Assembly (NCBI GenBank): GCA_002633005.1
Contig: NMRA01000494.1
Span: 206,187-270,186, forward strand
DNA length: 64,000 bases
Source: Phoronis australis
Lineage: Eukaryota; Animalia; Phoronida
Reading direction: 5' to 3'
Under the pieces are notes generated by a model. The model was not told the DNA's origin, ran no database searches, and saw only the letters and a program-made list of their open reading frames with translations. Both the position numbers and the translations under genes were made by a program. Position 1 is the stretch's first letter, and each line of letters opens with the position of its first letter. Positions 50,790 to 64,000 of this stretch are shown in pieces.

Positions 50790-51530
50790 GAGGCACCCCC
50801 AGTCTCCTGACCTTTCTGGTACAGTTTCCGGTTAGTGTATTTTGAAGAGAAATATTTGCATCTACATTATTTACTGTCCAGCACAACGAAAAAATATTAA
50901 TTTCGGCATTGAAACCTTGTTCAAAGTCCTTCAATAGTAGAAGTGATGGTATCGTGACCACTTTTGGCAATGTTGCTGGCAAGAAATTAGAAAATTCAAA
51001 CTTCGGTGCCAACTGATTAAGTCGTCTGCTTGCCCAATAGCATAGCAGCATAGTTATCGGACAGTTAGTGATTTTTGGTTCACATAGGCCTACTGACAAA
51101 ACTACGAAAGCATGTTTGTGCACACTGAGTTCCGAGGACTACCTGTGAATGCAAAAGACAGTTACATTACGTTTTTGGTTTAGAAAAAAATATCAATTTT
51201 GTACGAATTTAAAAATGCACCTCTGCAACGATTTGACTATTTTAACCTTTGCATGTTTATAATTCAACATTCTCAAGTGAGCAGTTCTTCTGGGGAGTTT
51301 CGAGTGGCCCTTAAAAAGGCCGTTGGTTGTAGATATAGCGTGGAATGGTTCTTAAAAGCACAGTTGAATAATTCAACAAAATTCACATATTATACCGTGC
51401 TCACTCGATGTCCTCTTCATTCAAGTTTCCATCTGGGAAGGTTGGAGATGACAATATCGATGACAGTTGTAACACCTTATATAAATGATACCGTTCTCCA
51501 ACGTTATCACGAACCCTACCTCTTTCAGTT
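50790..51530 (-). mobile_element. Degraded MULE/Mutator transposase fragment
   Basis: HAFV...P..LL...SRR, KDFEQGFNAE..F and RKVRRLG; upstream ERYHL...QLS.ILS...PDGN resembles the MULE DGTF / DFE / RKxQxLG core. Confidence 0.5.
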
Positions 51531-54466
51531 CTTGTTCCTGGTTTCAGAAGTAACCCTGAACTATAGGGAAAAAAAGAAATACAACGAAAAGGAATCAAAT
51601 TTTGAAAATCAGCGCCTTCGTACGATTCCGTGCTGCTGTCCCCAGACTGATGTTCTTCCCAAAATCAATGTCGAAAATGAACGTTACAAGTGATGGAAAC
51701 TTCTGTCCTCTGTTTCTAACTTTTAACCCATTTTTTAAGAAAGGGTGTACTGATTTTGTCTAACGCTCATAGAGCATAACTTTTTGTTTTTTACAATGTA
51801 TTAATTGTGTGGAATGTATTTATATTAGGTGGCTTCATTCATTTGAACAGAAAATAAATTAAATGAAACACAATGGAGTTTTGAAAATAAATAGAACAGT
51901 AACAGGACTCCCTACATGTAAATATTGAGCTGTTTTCGAAAATGTTGCGCCATTGGTGATTTGATTGGTTCATGCATTTATGGCGGGAAAATAATACACC
52001 AAGTATTGTGCACGTGTGCACTGTAGCAGCACTTTGTATCTTATTCTCATTTGGCCAATCTGTTGATACAGTAAATTTCCTTATTTATGCCCATCCTGAT
52101 TTGACTGCAACTTGAGCTTGTTGGGTTCAATCATACATTGGGTTCGCATTGGGACCCACATGATGCTTACTCGAATGGGCTTCATTTTAACAAGTACTTC
52201 AAATTGAGGTGAAGTAAATAAACAAAGTGGGTGATTATCATCACCAGAGTTTCATCATTAAAGTCCTTCTCTCACGCGTTGTTAACCCTTATTACATGGT
52301 TAGAAGATGTTATAAGGATCTAAGAAGTACTTACCCCATAACTAATACACGATCTGTATTCGAAAAAAGTTTAAATGAACGCGCCACTCACGATTCCCAC
52401 CCGAAGAACCACCGCCATTTTGAACTTGCCGCGAACCCGGAAGTACAATTCATTCAGGAACCTAGGCTAAGAAAACGCCGTCAATGTGAGTGCCTGTTAC
52501 CAGCCTGCAAACCGGGATAAAGTAATCGACAGCACGCCTTAATTTTAATCAAATCAAAATACGGACAATTTTATGGAATTTGCTGAAGAAATGTGGAGAA
52601 TAAATTTTGGCAGAAATTATTTTGCCAGTCTCGGGACCGCAGCCTATCGGAACCGGTGCCGATCGAAACCAGACACTGGCGAACGGTAACCGCATGCGGT
52701 TGCAAGCTGTTTTGTCGAAGTAAAATGGTCAAATCATAAATGCGGCATATATTCAAGGGTAGCTTCAGACACTTGCATGAAATTACGGTCTGGTTTGTCC
52801 TGTATCACACTGCCGCGACAGACCTTAGTTAGCCGGATCGAAGTCACCAGTTACCAGTGAAGACTATCGTCAAAATACAGCTTGTTAGTAGGCCTATACA
52901 GCTTTGCGCCAAGGCTACCCTTAGGCCGAACTGGTCGCTGGCAGCAGCGCTCGCTCAAACGAGGTTATTTAGAACTTGGGTACTTCTGGCGAACTGTGCA
53001 AAGTTATTGGCTTTCAATAGAGATTTTCCCAGACTTTATATGAGCGCACCAAGCCTAAAAGAATGGGGGGCTGGAATTTTTGGGAATGTCTATCTTTTAC
53101 TATAAGATTCAGTGGGTATGTTCAGAGCTATGAATTGCAGACGCTAAGTTTTGGTACTTCCTGTCTTCTAGTGGAATTCTTTCTCTACTTTTTTTCCGAA
53201 TTCGGGCTTCTCTGACTGAGGCAGACCTTTTTCCAGTTCTCCAAAAAGGGAGTTCGTTAGAGCACATAAGTATGAGAAGTCCAATACAAAATGTAATCAT
53301 TTTTATTCATTAACCCAAAATGATTCACGAAAATTGAACAAAGTATCTTTTTTGTGGCAACGTTTGTAAAAATGCATCAACGTTAAATCTTCACAAATTA
53401 CAAAGTAGCCGATTGAACATGCCTTTCAGTTCAGCAAAAGTCGCCATGTTGTCGGTGCCGCCAGAAATGAGACGAAGTCCAACGGGAATTGTGAGCACAT
53501 TTATGACTCAATGAGTAACAACTGCGAGCCTGAAATTTGGTGAACACTGCTATATAGTGCAGAATAGTAAGATATGTCTAACTAATTTTCACTGTAATTT
53601 GTTGGCGAAAACAATTTACAAAAACTTTTGAACTCGTAACTTATCCCGCTGTCCTGCAATATGGCCGACGCGATCCAAATAAAGTGACCCAAATTTCGCC
53701 ACAAAACTTCCATAACTTTACACTGCTAGCCCCGATTTTGATACTTTATCGATTTTTACTGGCTAGAATGCACTACCTTTCCGATGATAGCAAAGTACTT
53801 TTTCAAAGCGAGAAAAAAAAATAAAATCGAAAACAATTGGTTCGACTCATATTGGTTCCCAGGCTCGACCGGCCTACGTAAGGAACTAAACACCAATGTT
53901 ATTTTAACATACTAAGTACGCGTTACATTCCAAAAAAAATCAACGACCACTACAGTGTAAGTACAAACTATAAATACAGTACATATGCAAATGAATCACG
54001 AGATATTGCTAATAAAACACAATAATGAAAACTTTTCGAGCACATTCAGTTACAAGGGAAAAATGGCGGCATTCTGGAAAAGTTCCTGAACTGATGAGCC
54101 GGAAATTTGTGTACGGAAATAATCGATGACAACCGGTAATCATATGCTCAGAGAGAAGGGTCAAATACTGTTCAAAAATCGCTTTTGGCAAGAAAGGCGA
54201 AAAAAGTATAAAGAAAGGGTGTCGAAAATAAGTTTTACGTAGTAATTATTTTCGGATACTGGAACCACATGGGCAGTTTGAGAGAAGGACTTTGATATCT
54301 TTTGCCGGGTGCTCAAATTTTCTGAGACTAGGTATTGTCAGATTTGTAAGGTAGAAGCAAGGAGTGTAGTAGAGTAGGAGAGATCACTTGTGAGTTCGCT
54401 GTTACCGCTGCTACTAGCGCCGCCAAGTGGTGACTAAGCAAATGTCAACCAGGAAGCGCCAAAACA

Positions 54467-55352
54467 ATGGGGAAGGCTGCATTTTACAGTGCGATGAATT
54501 GCACTAATTCATCCACGAAAACCCCAGACGTGACAATTTTTAGGTTTCCTAAGGATCCAGAAAGGTAAGGATTATCTGCTATTCATATTGTATTTCGTGT
54601 TGTATGTTCACGGTTTCAAGACAAGTCGGTCGCAGTCCCTGTGCCACTGTTGCGTGCTAGGCCTACTGCACAGCCAGGCTGCCGGCGGAAGGACTGCGAT
54701 TAATGATGTGATCGTCAGCTTTTTGGATACTTTGCAGTCCCTGTATTCCAAATCAAAATGTCACCCGAACGATTGCACGGATAATTTTGGGAAAACATAA
54801 ACATGGCCATGGGTGAATGACTGGTGACATGGCCGCCATCACAGCCACAGGGCGGCCTCAAGTCTGTCATGAGTCAAGTTAGAGAATATGTGGGTCTCGG
54901 TAAAATGATGAAAAAATCGACATAATTTTAATGTTTCAGTTGGCCCAGGTTGAGCAGCGTGTCAATGAAAACTTAATTCTATGCGCCAATGATGCGGGGA
55001 CGCGGCCCTTAAAGTATCCGTGGATCGACATTTGAGTCCTAGTTTTTTAGTTAACACCAATGCAGTGTTGTCTCTGTCACAAGCAAAGTAGTGTAGTGTA
55101 GTGTAGTGTAGTGTAGGCTACCAGTCTTCTATGAACCTGGTGAGTATGAGGTTTGTTCCTGAGTCTCTCATTGACTTCTGTTCAGGTGCAAGCGCTGGGA
55201 GCTGACCTTATGAATAGAGATGCAGCCTACATTTGTATTTGTCCAAGAACTGCAAGTTATGCTCTCGTAATTTCTAGGAGTCCATGTTCATGAATCCGTT
55301 GAAGCACACGCTGGTATGGAATGCAGTGCCAACAATATTTGATGTCCCGAAT
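54467..55352 (+). pseudogene. Two-exon THAP-domain pseudogene (exons 54467-54564 and 55186-~55352)
   Basis: M..FYSAMNCTN...IFRFPKDPER|gtaagg...ttcag|CKRW...CKLCSRNF*ESMF...LVWNAVPTIFDVPN; phase-2 intron intact, but first Cys and His lost, with a stop and a frameshift. Confidence 0.8.
55088..55115. repeat. (GTGTA)n pentanucleotide microsatellite
   Basis: gtagtgtagtgtagtg... run. Confidence 0.9.
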
Positions 55353-57189
55353 TCACTAAAAATGACGATTTCAAAAAGTTCTCCAGAGATTATGTATATT
55401 ACGGCTCTGGACTATACTTTTTTGTATTATCGTCTCACAAAGCAAGTGCTGTTACAACACGTGTAGAAAGGACAATTAGTCAAAATCTGGTTTTCATGTT
55501 TTACTAAGGTTGATCAGATTGAAACATTTTGAATGGTTAGACTGTGATTTGGAGAGACCCAAAATGAAACTGATGGATCTTTCAGAGTCTGAATGGTGGA
55601 CTGAAATTTTAATAAACCCAAGGTATCTGCATCAGTTTGCTTCTCGATGACAAACACTTCTATGAGTAAATTAGTTTTCAGCTTTATTAATGACGCATTT
55701 CTTTGGCGAAAATAGCTGTTGTTTAATAGTGAATCAATAGAGAGTTAGAAGGTTGGTCAGATTTTCTTGTTGTATTGGTATATATGCTGCCTATTTTTCT
55801 ACGTTTTTGGAGATTGTGGTTAATTTAAGTCCCAGTTGTTGCTAGGTAACAGATATGATATTGTCTTCTGGCTTTAACTTACCTGAATTTTTTCCTGTTG
55901 TTGATAATAGGAACAGTGGGTATATAAAATTAAATTTTGGTCTTATCATCCAAGTCTTTTTAATTCCGAGTTTTGTTTAAATTTGTGTGGGTAGTGAATA
56001 TTTTCATTGCTGTTCAGTTTCTGTTAATTTTTTATGAGTGATGATATACTCAATGTTACTACATTTTGTAAGTTGTGAGCTATTCTACAACTTAACAACT
56101 GACTTGTAACTATTGGTGATTATAGTGGGAGAGTGGGAAGTTTACCCTGTACTGCCTTGTCTAAGAAATACTGAAATGTTCTAGAATTATATGTAAGAGT
56201 GCATCAGAATGTATTACAATTTTGTGGTAGTGATGAATTGCTTTACTTTCTTCTTGTTACTTGTGCATGAAACAATTGTCCGCATTACTAGTATCCTGGT
56301 GCATTGGTTAGGGAACACATGCGAAATTGTTGGGTGGAGATGAAACCAGCACTGTGCTAGGAGCAAAATGTTGTCAATGGTCAGGGGAACAACCAAATTT
56401 GTGACGACTGGAGGGGATTCATCACTCATCTGGCATACTCCATTGGTTTTTATCTGTTTAGCACTGTTCCCATTTAACTGCCCTGGGAGGGGGTCAACAC
56501 CCATTTGACGCCGACCTACTTTATGCCTGGTACCCCTTTGTTGGCACCTGGGGGCAATTGCCCTCTGAGCCCCCAGGAACAATCATTCAAATTATGTAGT
56601 CCATGGAGGAATGAACTGTTATAAGGATCGACAATTTGCCTTGTTAAGAACTCAAACATAAAACAAAACCATGACGGCTTTTGAAGGGAGCTTTAAGAGA
56701 ACAAAAACACACTTTTTCATTGTTATTCGATTATAAATAGATGATAGTTTGCGTATTTCAATCATTTCCAATCACAAAGTAATTTTATTGCACGTTGACC
56801 GTCATTAAAGTATGAATTTATAAGTGTTTACATTGTTCGGACTGCGCTCCTAAGTAAGTGTTGATTATTCACCGATTGGGGCGCCAGTGTTTCGACCGGT
56901 AACCATTGCGGCGAATGGCAAAATGGCGGTGTGAACTCTCCTATACTACTACACTCCTTGGTAGAAATGTTTCGCTGGATTTCCAGGTCAGTGGCGTTAT
57001 TTATACCGGACCAAAATTAAAAAAATCAGACCACTGCTTAAATCAGGAGCTGCATGATACACATTCAATAGACGTGCGCAGGCAATGCACTGATCACTTG
57101 GAACCATTTTTATGGTTTATTAATATACTGTACAGTTAAACCAAGCTGAGGAGCTTGAAACCTGATTCACGGCAATTTTTGGCAGTGGG

Positions 57190-57427
57190 ATATTCTTAAA
57201 AATGCTCGTAAGTTGACAACAAAGTTTGATAGCAATGCACTGCAGTTTTGTAGAAACTCTGTCATAGGTTACAGATTCGTCAAAGAGCGTAAATTTGATG
57301 AATTCTAGCTTATGATTTCACCTCATTCGGAGACCGGGTTTCAACCAATTTTGGGCTACAATGAGCGCCCCCTTCCTGAAGCGGATTTTTCCAAGCGCCC
57401 TGGCCGCTTATTAGGGCGAATACGGTA
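57190..57427. mobile_element. MITE end related (inverted) to 38112-39550
   Basis: Ends ccgcttattagggcgaatacggta. Confidence 0.55.
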
Positions 57428-58099
57428 ATATTTCATAAGGGCAATACTTAGTATCCTTTAGGCACGTGACCCATTTGTTACACTAGGAGTGGGATTGGCT
57501 CATTATGTACCTTACATGTGGCATGGGACTTTACAAAACTGGTTGAAAAATTTAATTTCGTCATTAACTTTCGTTTCAATGGCTTAAGTTTGGAAATGTT
57601 AGGACTTAAGGCGGAAATTTAAAAACCATTCGTCCGCTTACAAAAATTTAACATTGAAAAATAAAAACAACCTCCACACCCCTTTGGTGTTAATGTTCCA
57701 TGTTTTCAAAGGAGTTGGTTGCATTTTCATAGACTACAGTCGAGAGACTTTGTGCGGCATATATTGAGTAACCTGCTGTTGAATTGCAAGTTTGACTGGT
57801 CCAGGTGGTTATTTCTGAAGTATTAATGCAATCGTTATTTATCTTAAAGGTTTTACCAGCGTTCTATTTATTTGTACACGAATGTGAATTTGTTGAAGTC
57901 GCTGATCCAAATCCTGGCCAAATGTGCGCATTCTGCTGAGATCAACCGTCTGATGAGGGCCAGCGAACAGGAAGTTCCTCGTAAGGACAGGAGTTCATGA
58001 GTCACTACCTTTGGAAGAAATTTAGCGGACGATTTTGGTCAAAAAGTTTACCAGTTTTCATCAAAACGGAGAAAAATGGATTTGTGAGGACAGGATTAA

Positions 58100-58310
58100 G
58101 TAGTAGAGCCTCATAAAAACATTCATCTTCGAAGTGCCTTGAACAAATGTATAAAGTCTTATTGCTGAGACAACTGCCATTCACGTAGGCACAAGAACTA
58201 TATAAGCTTTTCTTCCCGCAGCCGATTATGCGGTCTTCGGATGGTATGGGACCTAATTCCTTTGCATTTCGTGGGTGTGGCCGAACAACCGGCCACACAG
58301 TAGCCGACGA
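58100..58310 (-). pseudogene. Degraded THAP-domain ORF
   Basis: YCVAGCSATPTKCKGIRSH in one frame; LYICSRHFEDECF (THAP CxxHF) in another. Confidence 0.65.
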
Positions 58311-59542
58311 GGATTAGCAGACGACGTACTTGCCGAAAATTGCACCAGAAAATTTAGCCAGATGTCGCCAGTGAATAATGACGTAAGGGCTTTTGCCTAA
58401 GATCACAGATTTCGTGCATTGAATGTATACGGAGTTGGCGGTCCATATCTGACATAATTCTCGAACGATATCATACATAATTCCTTAATGCCCATTATAG
58501 TTTCATTTATGTCAAACATAACTAACGCCAACAAGTGACCATGAGCACATTACATAACAGATTTCTTTCTTAACTTTGACCTAACTCTGGTTAACTTAAG
58601 TCTAAATTTTCTCAGACTCGTTTCATTAAATTCCTTACGACCAACATTGAAATTAAGACCGAAAAAGGCCTAAGTGAAGATCTAAAGTCAACGTGTGACG
58701 TAATACTCTTAAGGTTGGACTGTGTGTCTAAACGATCATCTAAGTGGCTACCGCTGTCATCTGTTGAGTAAAATGTCGTTGAAATTTTTCACAATATATT
58801 GCCCCTGAACAATTTCATATTGGCTTGTCTGCTATCGGTCAGATAACAGGCAAACCGTCAGAAACCTGTTAAGACAATGCAATGCTATTTCCCTCTAATA
58901 CCTGGGTCCTCTCAGATAAGCGACTGTAAGCTGAATTCTATTCAAAATCTTCCAACAAAATCCACATTTAGAGTTTCGACGTAACGATTATTCTGAAACC
59001 GTGCTTCACGTACCACTTTGCTTTGTTACATAAATTCTCAACAGGTGACAAAATGTACAATGCACTTTATTAACTCATAGACTATAGCATTTTCCACAAT
59101 TTTAGTGCTAGAAGACAAAAACTTGAGATTTTACGAGCACGTTAAGTTGCTTGATGTTGTGATGATGAATACCTTTCGTTCGCAATAACACCTCATATTG
59201 AACTAACTGAACACTGTGTGTAAGAGATAAAGTCTTGTTATCACGAAGTCTTTTGCCTGATATTCTTTTATACATGTCACTATATACTTTGAACTTCGGA
59301 AATGGTATAGGAAAAACAGCAAATTTCACCTTCTGGTATCAAACAAGTTTGCTGATATGCGCATGTAAAACCTTCCTGCCCATCACATGTAGTTACCACC
59401 AATCAGATTGCACATCCTGACGTGGGCATTGACTATATAATAATAAATTTGTCAAGGAATTACAATTGTGAGATATCCACCCAAATAGAAACGTTCCTAA
59501 CTTGCAGTATATTTTAGGTCAGCATATGTCAAATCGGCTTAT

Positions 59543-60904
59543 TTTGATTCCCATTGGGCTGATTCTTTGTGTCATACCAGTTGGTGTAGTTTAACTGTGT
59601 CGTGTCAGACAACCTCCAGGCGCCCTCTCTCGTTTTGTCAGAGAGACCAATCCAAATTAAATGAATCACTGAAATTAAATGCAGAATTTTCACGTATTCA
59701 GAATTTAAAAAAGTTACTGACGCTAGAAAAATGCAATGACAGCAATCTGACAACAAGAAACCAAAATCTATCTGGAAAGTATTTCATAAATTCAATTAGA
59801 AATGATTTTTGTAAGCCGTGTAAATTTTAAAAGTTTTGCTTGAAATGCCTCTACATGTAAGTAGAGTGTAATAAAATCATCAACGATAAGTCAAAACTCC
59901 CTTAGGTGTTTCGAAAGTAACGCAAGCTTAATGAAATTTAGTAATCCATAAGGGTTTGTGTACAGGTCATTCGAATCTTGAGGACTACTGTCGCCTGTAA
60001 ACAACTGCTGGTACTGTGTATTATCATCCAGTTTCACCTGCATTATCACATCAAGCAAAATAAGAAATAAGCGACATCAAATGGAATCGTGTTTAACATA
60101 AACTTTAAACTTAACCGAAAAACCCCATATTGCCAACAGTGTAAGCATGGAACTCAATCTAAAATTAATCTGAACGCTCTCAGCGAACTCTTGTCTGTCT
60201 AATTCTGTTGGGTGTTCATTTCGAGGAAGCATGAATATGGTAACATAGAATTCAGGTTATTATGACTTCAGAAGTAGACGTCATGTATCCGTGGTCATAA
60301 TTTTAACAACATCCTTTATCTATTGTGTTAACGTCTGATATGCGTTCACTAGTTCATGAACCCACCTTATGCTTCTACCACCCAACAACCTGTTCACATA
60401 CTCTTGGTTCTCTTACGAATCAACACTAACCAGATAACCGCCATTTTGATTGCAGTCAAATTAAGCAGACGACCATTGTTTCTGCAAAAAAGACGCTCAA
60501 TTCTGAGACGTCTGACGTTTGTCCTTTCAAAAACCTTCTTCAGTCAACATGTACCTTGAATAGCACTTGACTTAGGTCATTTATAAACTGGGTACGAAGT
60601 AGCACGAGATCCCATGATTTTGAACAAGGTCTGGCTGATCATACCTCAGGTCATACAATGACCTGAAATTTCGTCGGTCTGATATCAATTTTTCCCGACA
60701 TAGAAGATGACTTCTAAATTAATTAGAGATCAAGATAAAACCAAGTCGATGAATACAAATGTGATTTAGGTGAGAATAATTCATTTCGTTCAGAACTACA
60801 TACATGTATAACAACTTTAATCTGTATTTTTGATGCTTCAGTTCAAAGAACCTACCGTGGATTGCTTTAGTATGTAGCATCTATCCTCCCATTTATTCCA
60901 TCCA
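59543..60904 (-). pseudogene. Pseudogenised duplicate of the first three C-type lectin exons
   Basis: Exon at 60856-: deletion removes the acceptor and YCPT. 60366-60481: two TAA stops. 59543-59668: +1 bp and donor GT>AT. The fourth lectin exon is absent. Confidence 0.9.
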
Positions 60905-63175
60905 TGGAGTAAAGTTATATTAGCGGATATAGGTTGCTTCGAAGGAAAATAATCACGCGTTTTAAGTGGAACATACATGTAATTCGTGCAAGCATACCAT
61001 GCTAGGTCTAATTTTACCCGAAGTGGGGCTGTGTACATCAGGAATGCGGCCCCTAAAACCTTTTCATATCGCAATCCACCACCGTGATTGTCAACTAGCT
61101 GTTGACGTCATTATACGTATTTTAAAATAATTCCCTATTGCTTTGGGGTTTGAGGACAAAGCCAAAGATTTGATTTCTTACATAAGTTGCTTGAACTATT
61201 TCCATATGTTTACATTAAAGCGAATGATTCAAAATAGTGCATCAGTTATCGGATAATCATAGTCCAGCACCACATAACCAGAGTCCTGTACCACATCATC
61301 ATACATTTTTTTACCATGAACTCTTACAGATTTTGGTAGGAATCATATATCTTAAAGAGCATAAACTCATGCTTACGAACCACAGAAATATAAATGTTCC
61401 AATAAACACCATATTAATTATAAGTAATTCATACTTGTACTTTTAAAGAACAAGTTTCGCGGGTCGATTTCTGCGGATTGTATAAGCACCTTGTATATTT
61501 CGTACTGCGATGTTACCGTTATCATTGCAGATTTCACGACAGATTCTAGACAAAATCTCGACAAGTCATGAGTGTGACTGCACGCAGTTTGTTGAAATTG
61601 TGACAACTTGCCGTTGTTTTAAAAGTCCTTTTAAATATATGACACGCGCTTGAGCAAAAAAATTGACTCAAGCCAGTGTTTTAGGGCATGTCGTAACCAG
61701 CTAGAACTCACATACATGTATGTAGTATACAGTGTAGTTCAAGACATGCAGTTACAACCATGAAGTCTCTGATTGTCCCTGTTTTTCAGAAATCTCACTC
61801 TGATTAGTCATACAACCTGACAACCAGCTTCAGAGCTGTAAGTGGTCTAAAACAAAAGTTAAATTTGTAGTGGAAGGCCTGTTGGGTTTATGACCACGTA
61901 TGATTTGAATAGTCTTTCCTAGCTTGTTTTTTTAAAAGTACTTGCATTCCAATGAGTACTGCTATGTTACTTACATTGTATTTCAACAGGAAAATTGGTT
62001 GCATGGAAGGCATATGAGATCGGAGAGGGGATGGTTTTGGAGAATCCTGCTTAATGCCCTGCTGCATTCTCACTGAGACCCTTCACCAGTTCCTGCAATC
62101 GAAAGACAAAGATGTTCTTGTGTCCCGAAGATGGGTGTAATAGCACTTTGGCCACTCGAAAGAGCTAGAGCAGCATGTTAGCATGGGCTGGAATGATAAA
62201 CAGCCAAAAACGCCTGAAGATCGTGGCTATTATGTTGTGCGGAGAAAGTGTGCTGCCAAAGTCACTGGTGATGAAACAGGAAATGAAGTTCATGATCTTA
62301 CAGCATGGTCGTTGAAGTCAATTTGACATCAAAAATCCATAAGTTTGGCATTAATACTTTATAACTTTTGATATGCATTCCAGTCACTAACTGTTCCCAA
62401 TTGACGCAATAGTCAACATGGAAATGTGCTGCATGATGTTCTATATTACATCCCAACAAAAAGTGGAACATGCTACGCAACAGCGTATGTATTTGTGGCT
62501 TGGGAATTCCACCAAATTTAGGCTGGATTTTTGACGTGGAGTAATGTATCAATCAGACTTATTGAACAGCACGACTCTCTGAACACAACATCTGGATTTG
62601 TTAGCTCATTTTGTGAATTCACAAAACATGGCTCACCCATCTAAAAGCCATGGGTCCTAGTCTTGCATCCACTAAGAAAAAAGCTCATGGACTGCAAACC
62701 CAACTTGGGTACTTATAAACACTTCTCATCCACCCTTCCATGTTTCATAGTCACAGGAGTTTTTGAGCTGTGATTTTTGTGTGTGAACGCAATTCGCTGT
62801 GTAAGTGTTGTTCACGGGTGTTTGACCATTGCTGTTCAGGTGGACTGCCAATGGACTTGGTATTTTGTACTATCGTATTGAATTTTGCTGCTGCTAATTA
62901 TATTCATTTGAGCGTAATATAATGACCTCATTGCTTATTATTTTTTCATATCGTTTCCGACTGAACAAAGTGATCCAACAGCACCTAAAATTAGGGTGAT
63001 TGGTTGAAACCATGACAATCAGTTGATAAACTTTTCAGATCGAGGATTTCAGTATAACCTGGTTCCTAGGTATAACTGACGAGAGTTCCGTTGTTGACAA
63101 ATATCGCGCCAAGTCGACAGCCAAGCAGCGACATATTCCAACGTTAAGTGTCAGGCTGGAAAGGCGGTAGTGGCT

Positions 63176-63536
63176 ATGCTTCTGGTTCAGATGCTTCTGT
63201 TTAAAATCGACAACGCCGTTTCTGCGTTTCTCGTTCTGTTTTTTGTTAAAATCGAAGGCCATGAAATTTGTGTGGGATACTACAACGGCGCAGAGAACAC
63301 TCGCGTAGAAGGCCCTAACACCACTGTTGTCCAGTACCCTGTCTGCAGCTCATTCAAATGTGCTGCAGAATGTTCTCGCGACTAATCATGCGACGCCTTC
63401 GCGTTTAATGAGTGTGGTAACCTCTGTCACAAATACTGTATTGACGACTTTTCCCCAGGATCGTTGGTGACTGCAAATGGTTGGAAGTACTATAAGAAAG
63501 AGTCGAACAACTTTGGTAGTTGTACAACAATGCCAG
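63176..63536 (+). pseudogene. Duplicate PAN/Apple exon 1 with premature stop
   Basis: Same length and donor as 42841-43201; GAA>TAA at 63383-63385 after CAAECSRD. Confidence 0.88.
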
Positions 63537-64000
63537 GTAAATATTTTTTTACAATAAGTAACTCGTTAGAACTAGATGGAGCAATCTCTTTGCAGAGATC
63601 AACTTCAGATGGTGTTTTATGCGCAAACTCAGACACTGCGTCTAAAATGTATAATCAAAATAGTGCGTTTGCAGGAAGAAAATTGTTAAACAATTTCTAC
63701 TTAACATGTGGCCAGACAAATCTCAAACTATAAATGTTTCATTTTCAGTTTCTTTTAATTTACTATTGAATATCACTTTGAAGGTATGCCAACTTCAAGT
63801 GTTTCATATAACTCAACCACACTCAGTAAATGTCATTCGGATGTAGATGTAGCTTCAAATGCAGGCGCATTAATGGATGTACATGATTATTGAACCCGTA
63901 CGGCAAAACTGACATAACTGTTGACTTCAATCGCTGAATCACTAGTGAATAATTTAAACAACTATAACTCTTAAAGCACAAAACTGTCCATTTAAAGACA

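Larger units (their letters stand above)
49718..64000. repeat. Rearranged segmental duplicate of 16178-43609+
   Basis: Blocks: 49718-49745=16178-16205; 49788-50730=20744-21765; 58445-59077=rc(21761-22388); 59096-61713=25703-28262; 61721-62884=39931-40909; 62896-64000=42578-43609. Confidence 0.92.

Noticed and set aside
61550-63176. Compact ~1.6-kb bidirectional promoter as the ancestral arrangement of the two genes
   Set aside because: The spacer is mostly an internal transposase fragment lacking its TIRs, so the short distance results from deletions in the duplicate
1-64000. Prokaryotic systems (CRISPR arrays, operons), rRNA or tRNA genes
   Set aside because: Spliceosomal gene structure and low coding density; no repeat-spacer array or structured RNA gene recognised

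Overview
AT-rich, intron-containing animal genomic DNA; a marine invertebrate such as a mollusc is my inference, not established. It has one scaffold gap (29959-30605) and a single N at 7162. Two divergently oriented spliced genes can be built from GT-AG, phase-compatible exons. (1) A minus-strand mosaic extracellular protein running from at least 27442 to below 926: C-type lectin - MAM - Sushi - CUB (x1 or x2) - Sushi x3 - MAM. (2) A plus-strand gene (42841-~47933) that fuses a putative signal peptide and PAN/Apple domain to a cysteine-enriched TLDc domain; this is the most unusual item. From ~49718 to the window end lies a rearranged, decayed segmental duplicate of the locus, carrying pseudogene copies of both 5' gene ends. 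The rest is transposon debris: a decayed Sola3-like element with a nested HSE-rich LTR-like sequence, a Harbinger derivative, MULE and L1/Tx1 fragments, three THAP remnants, MITEs and microsatellites. All family assignments come from motif recognition by eye, not database searches.
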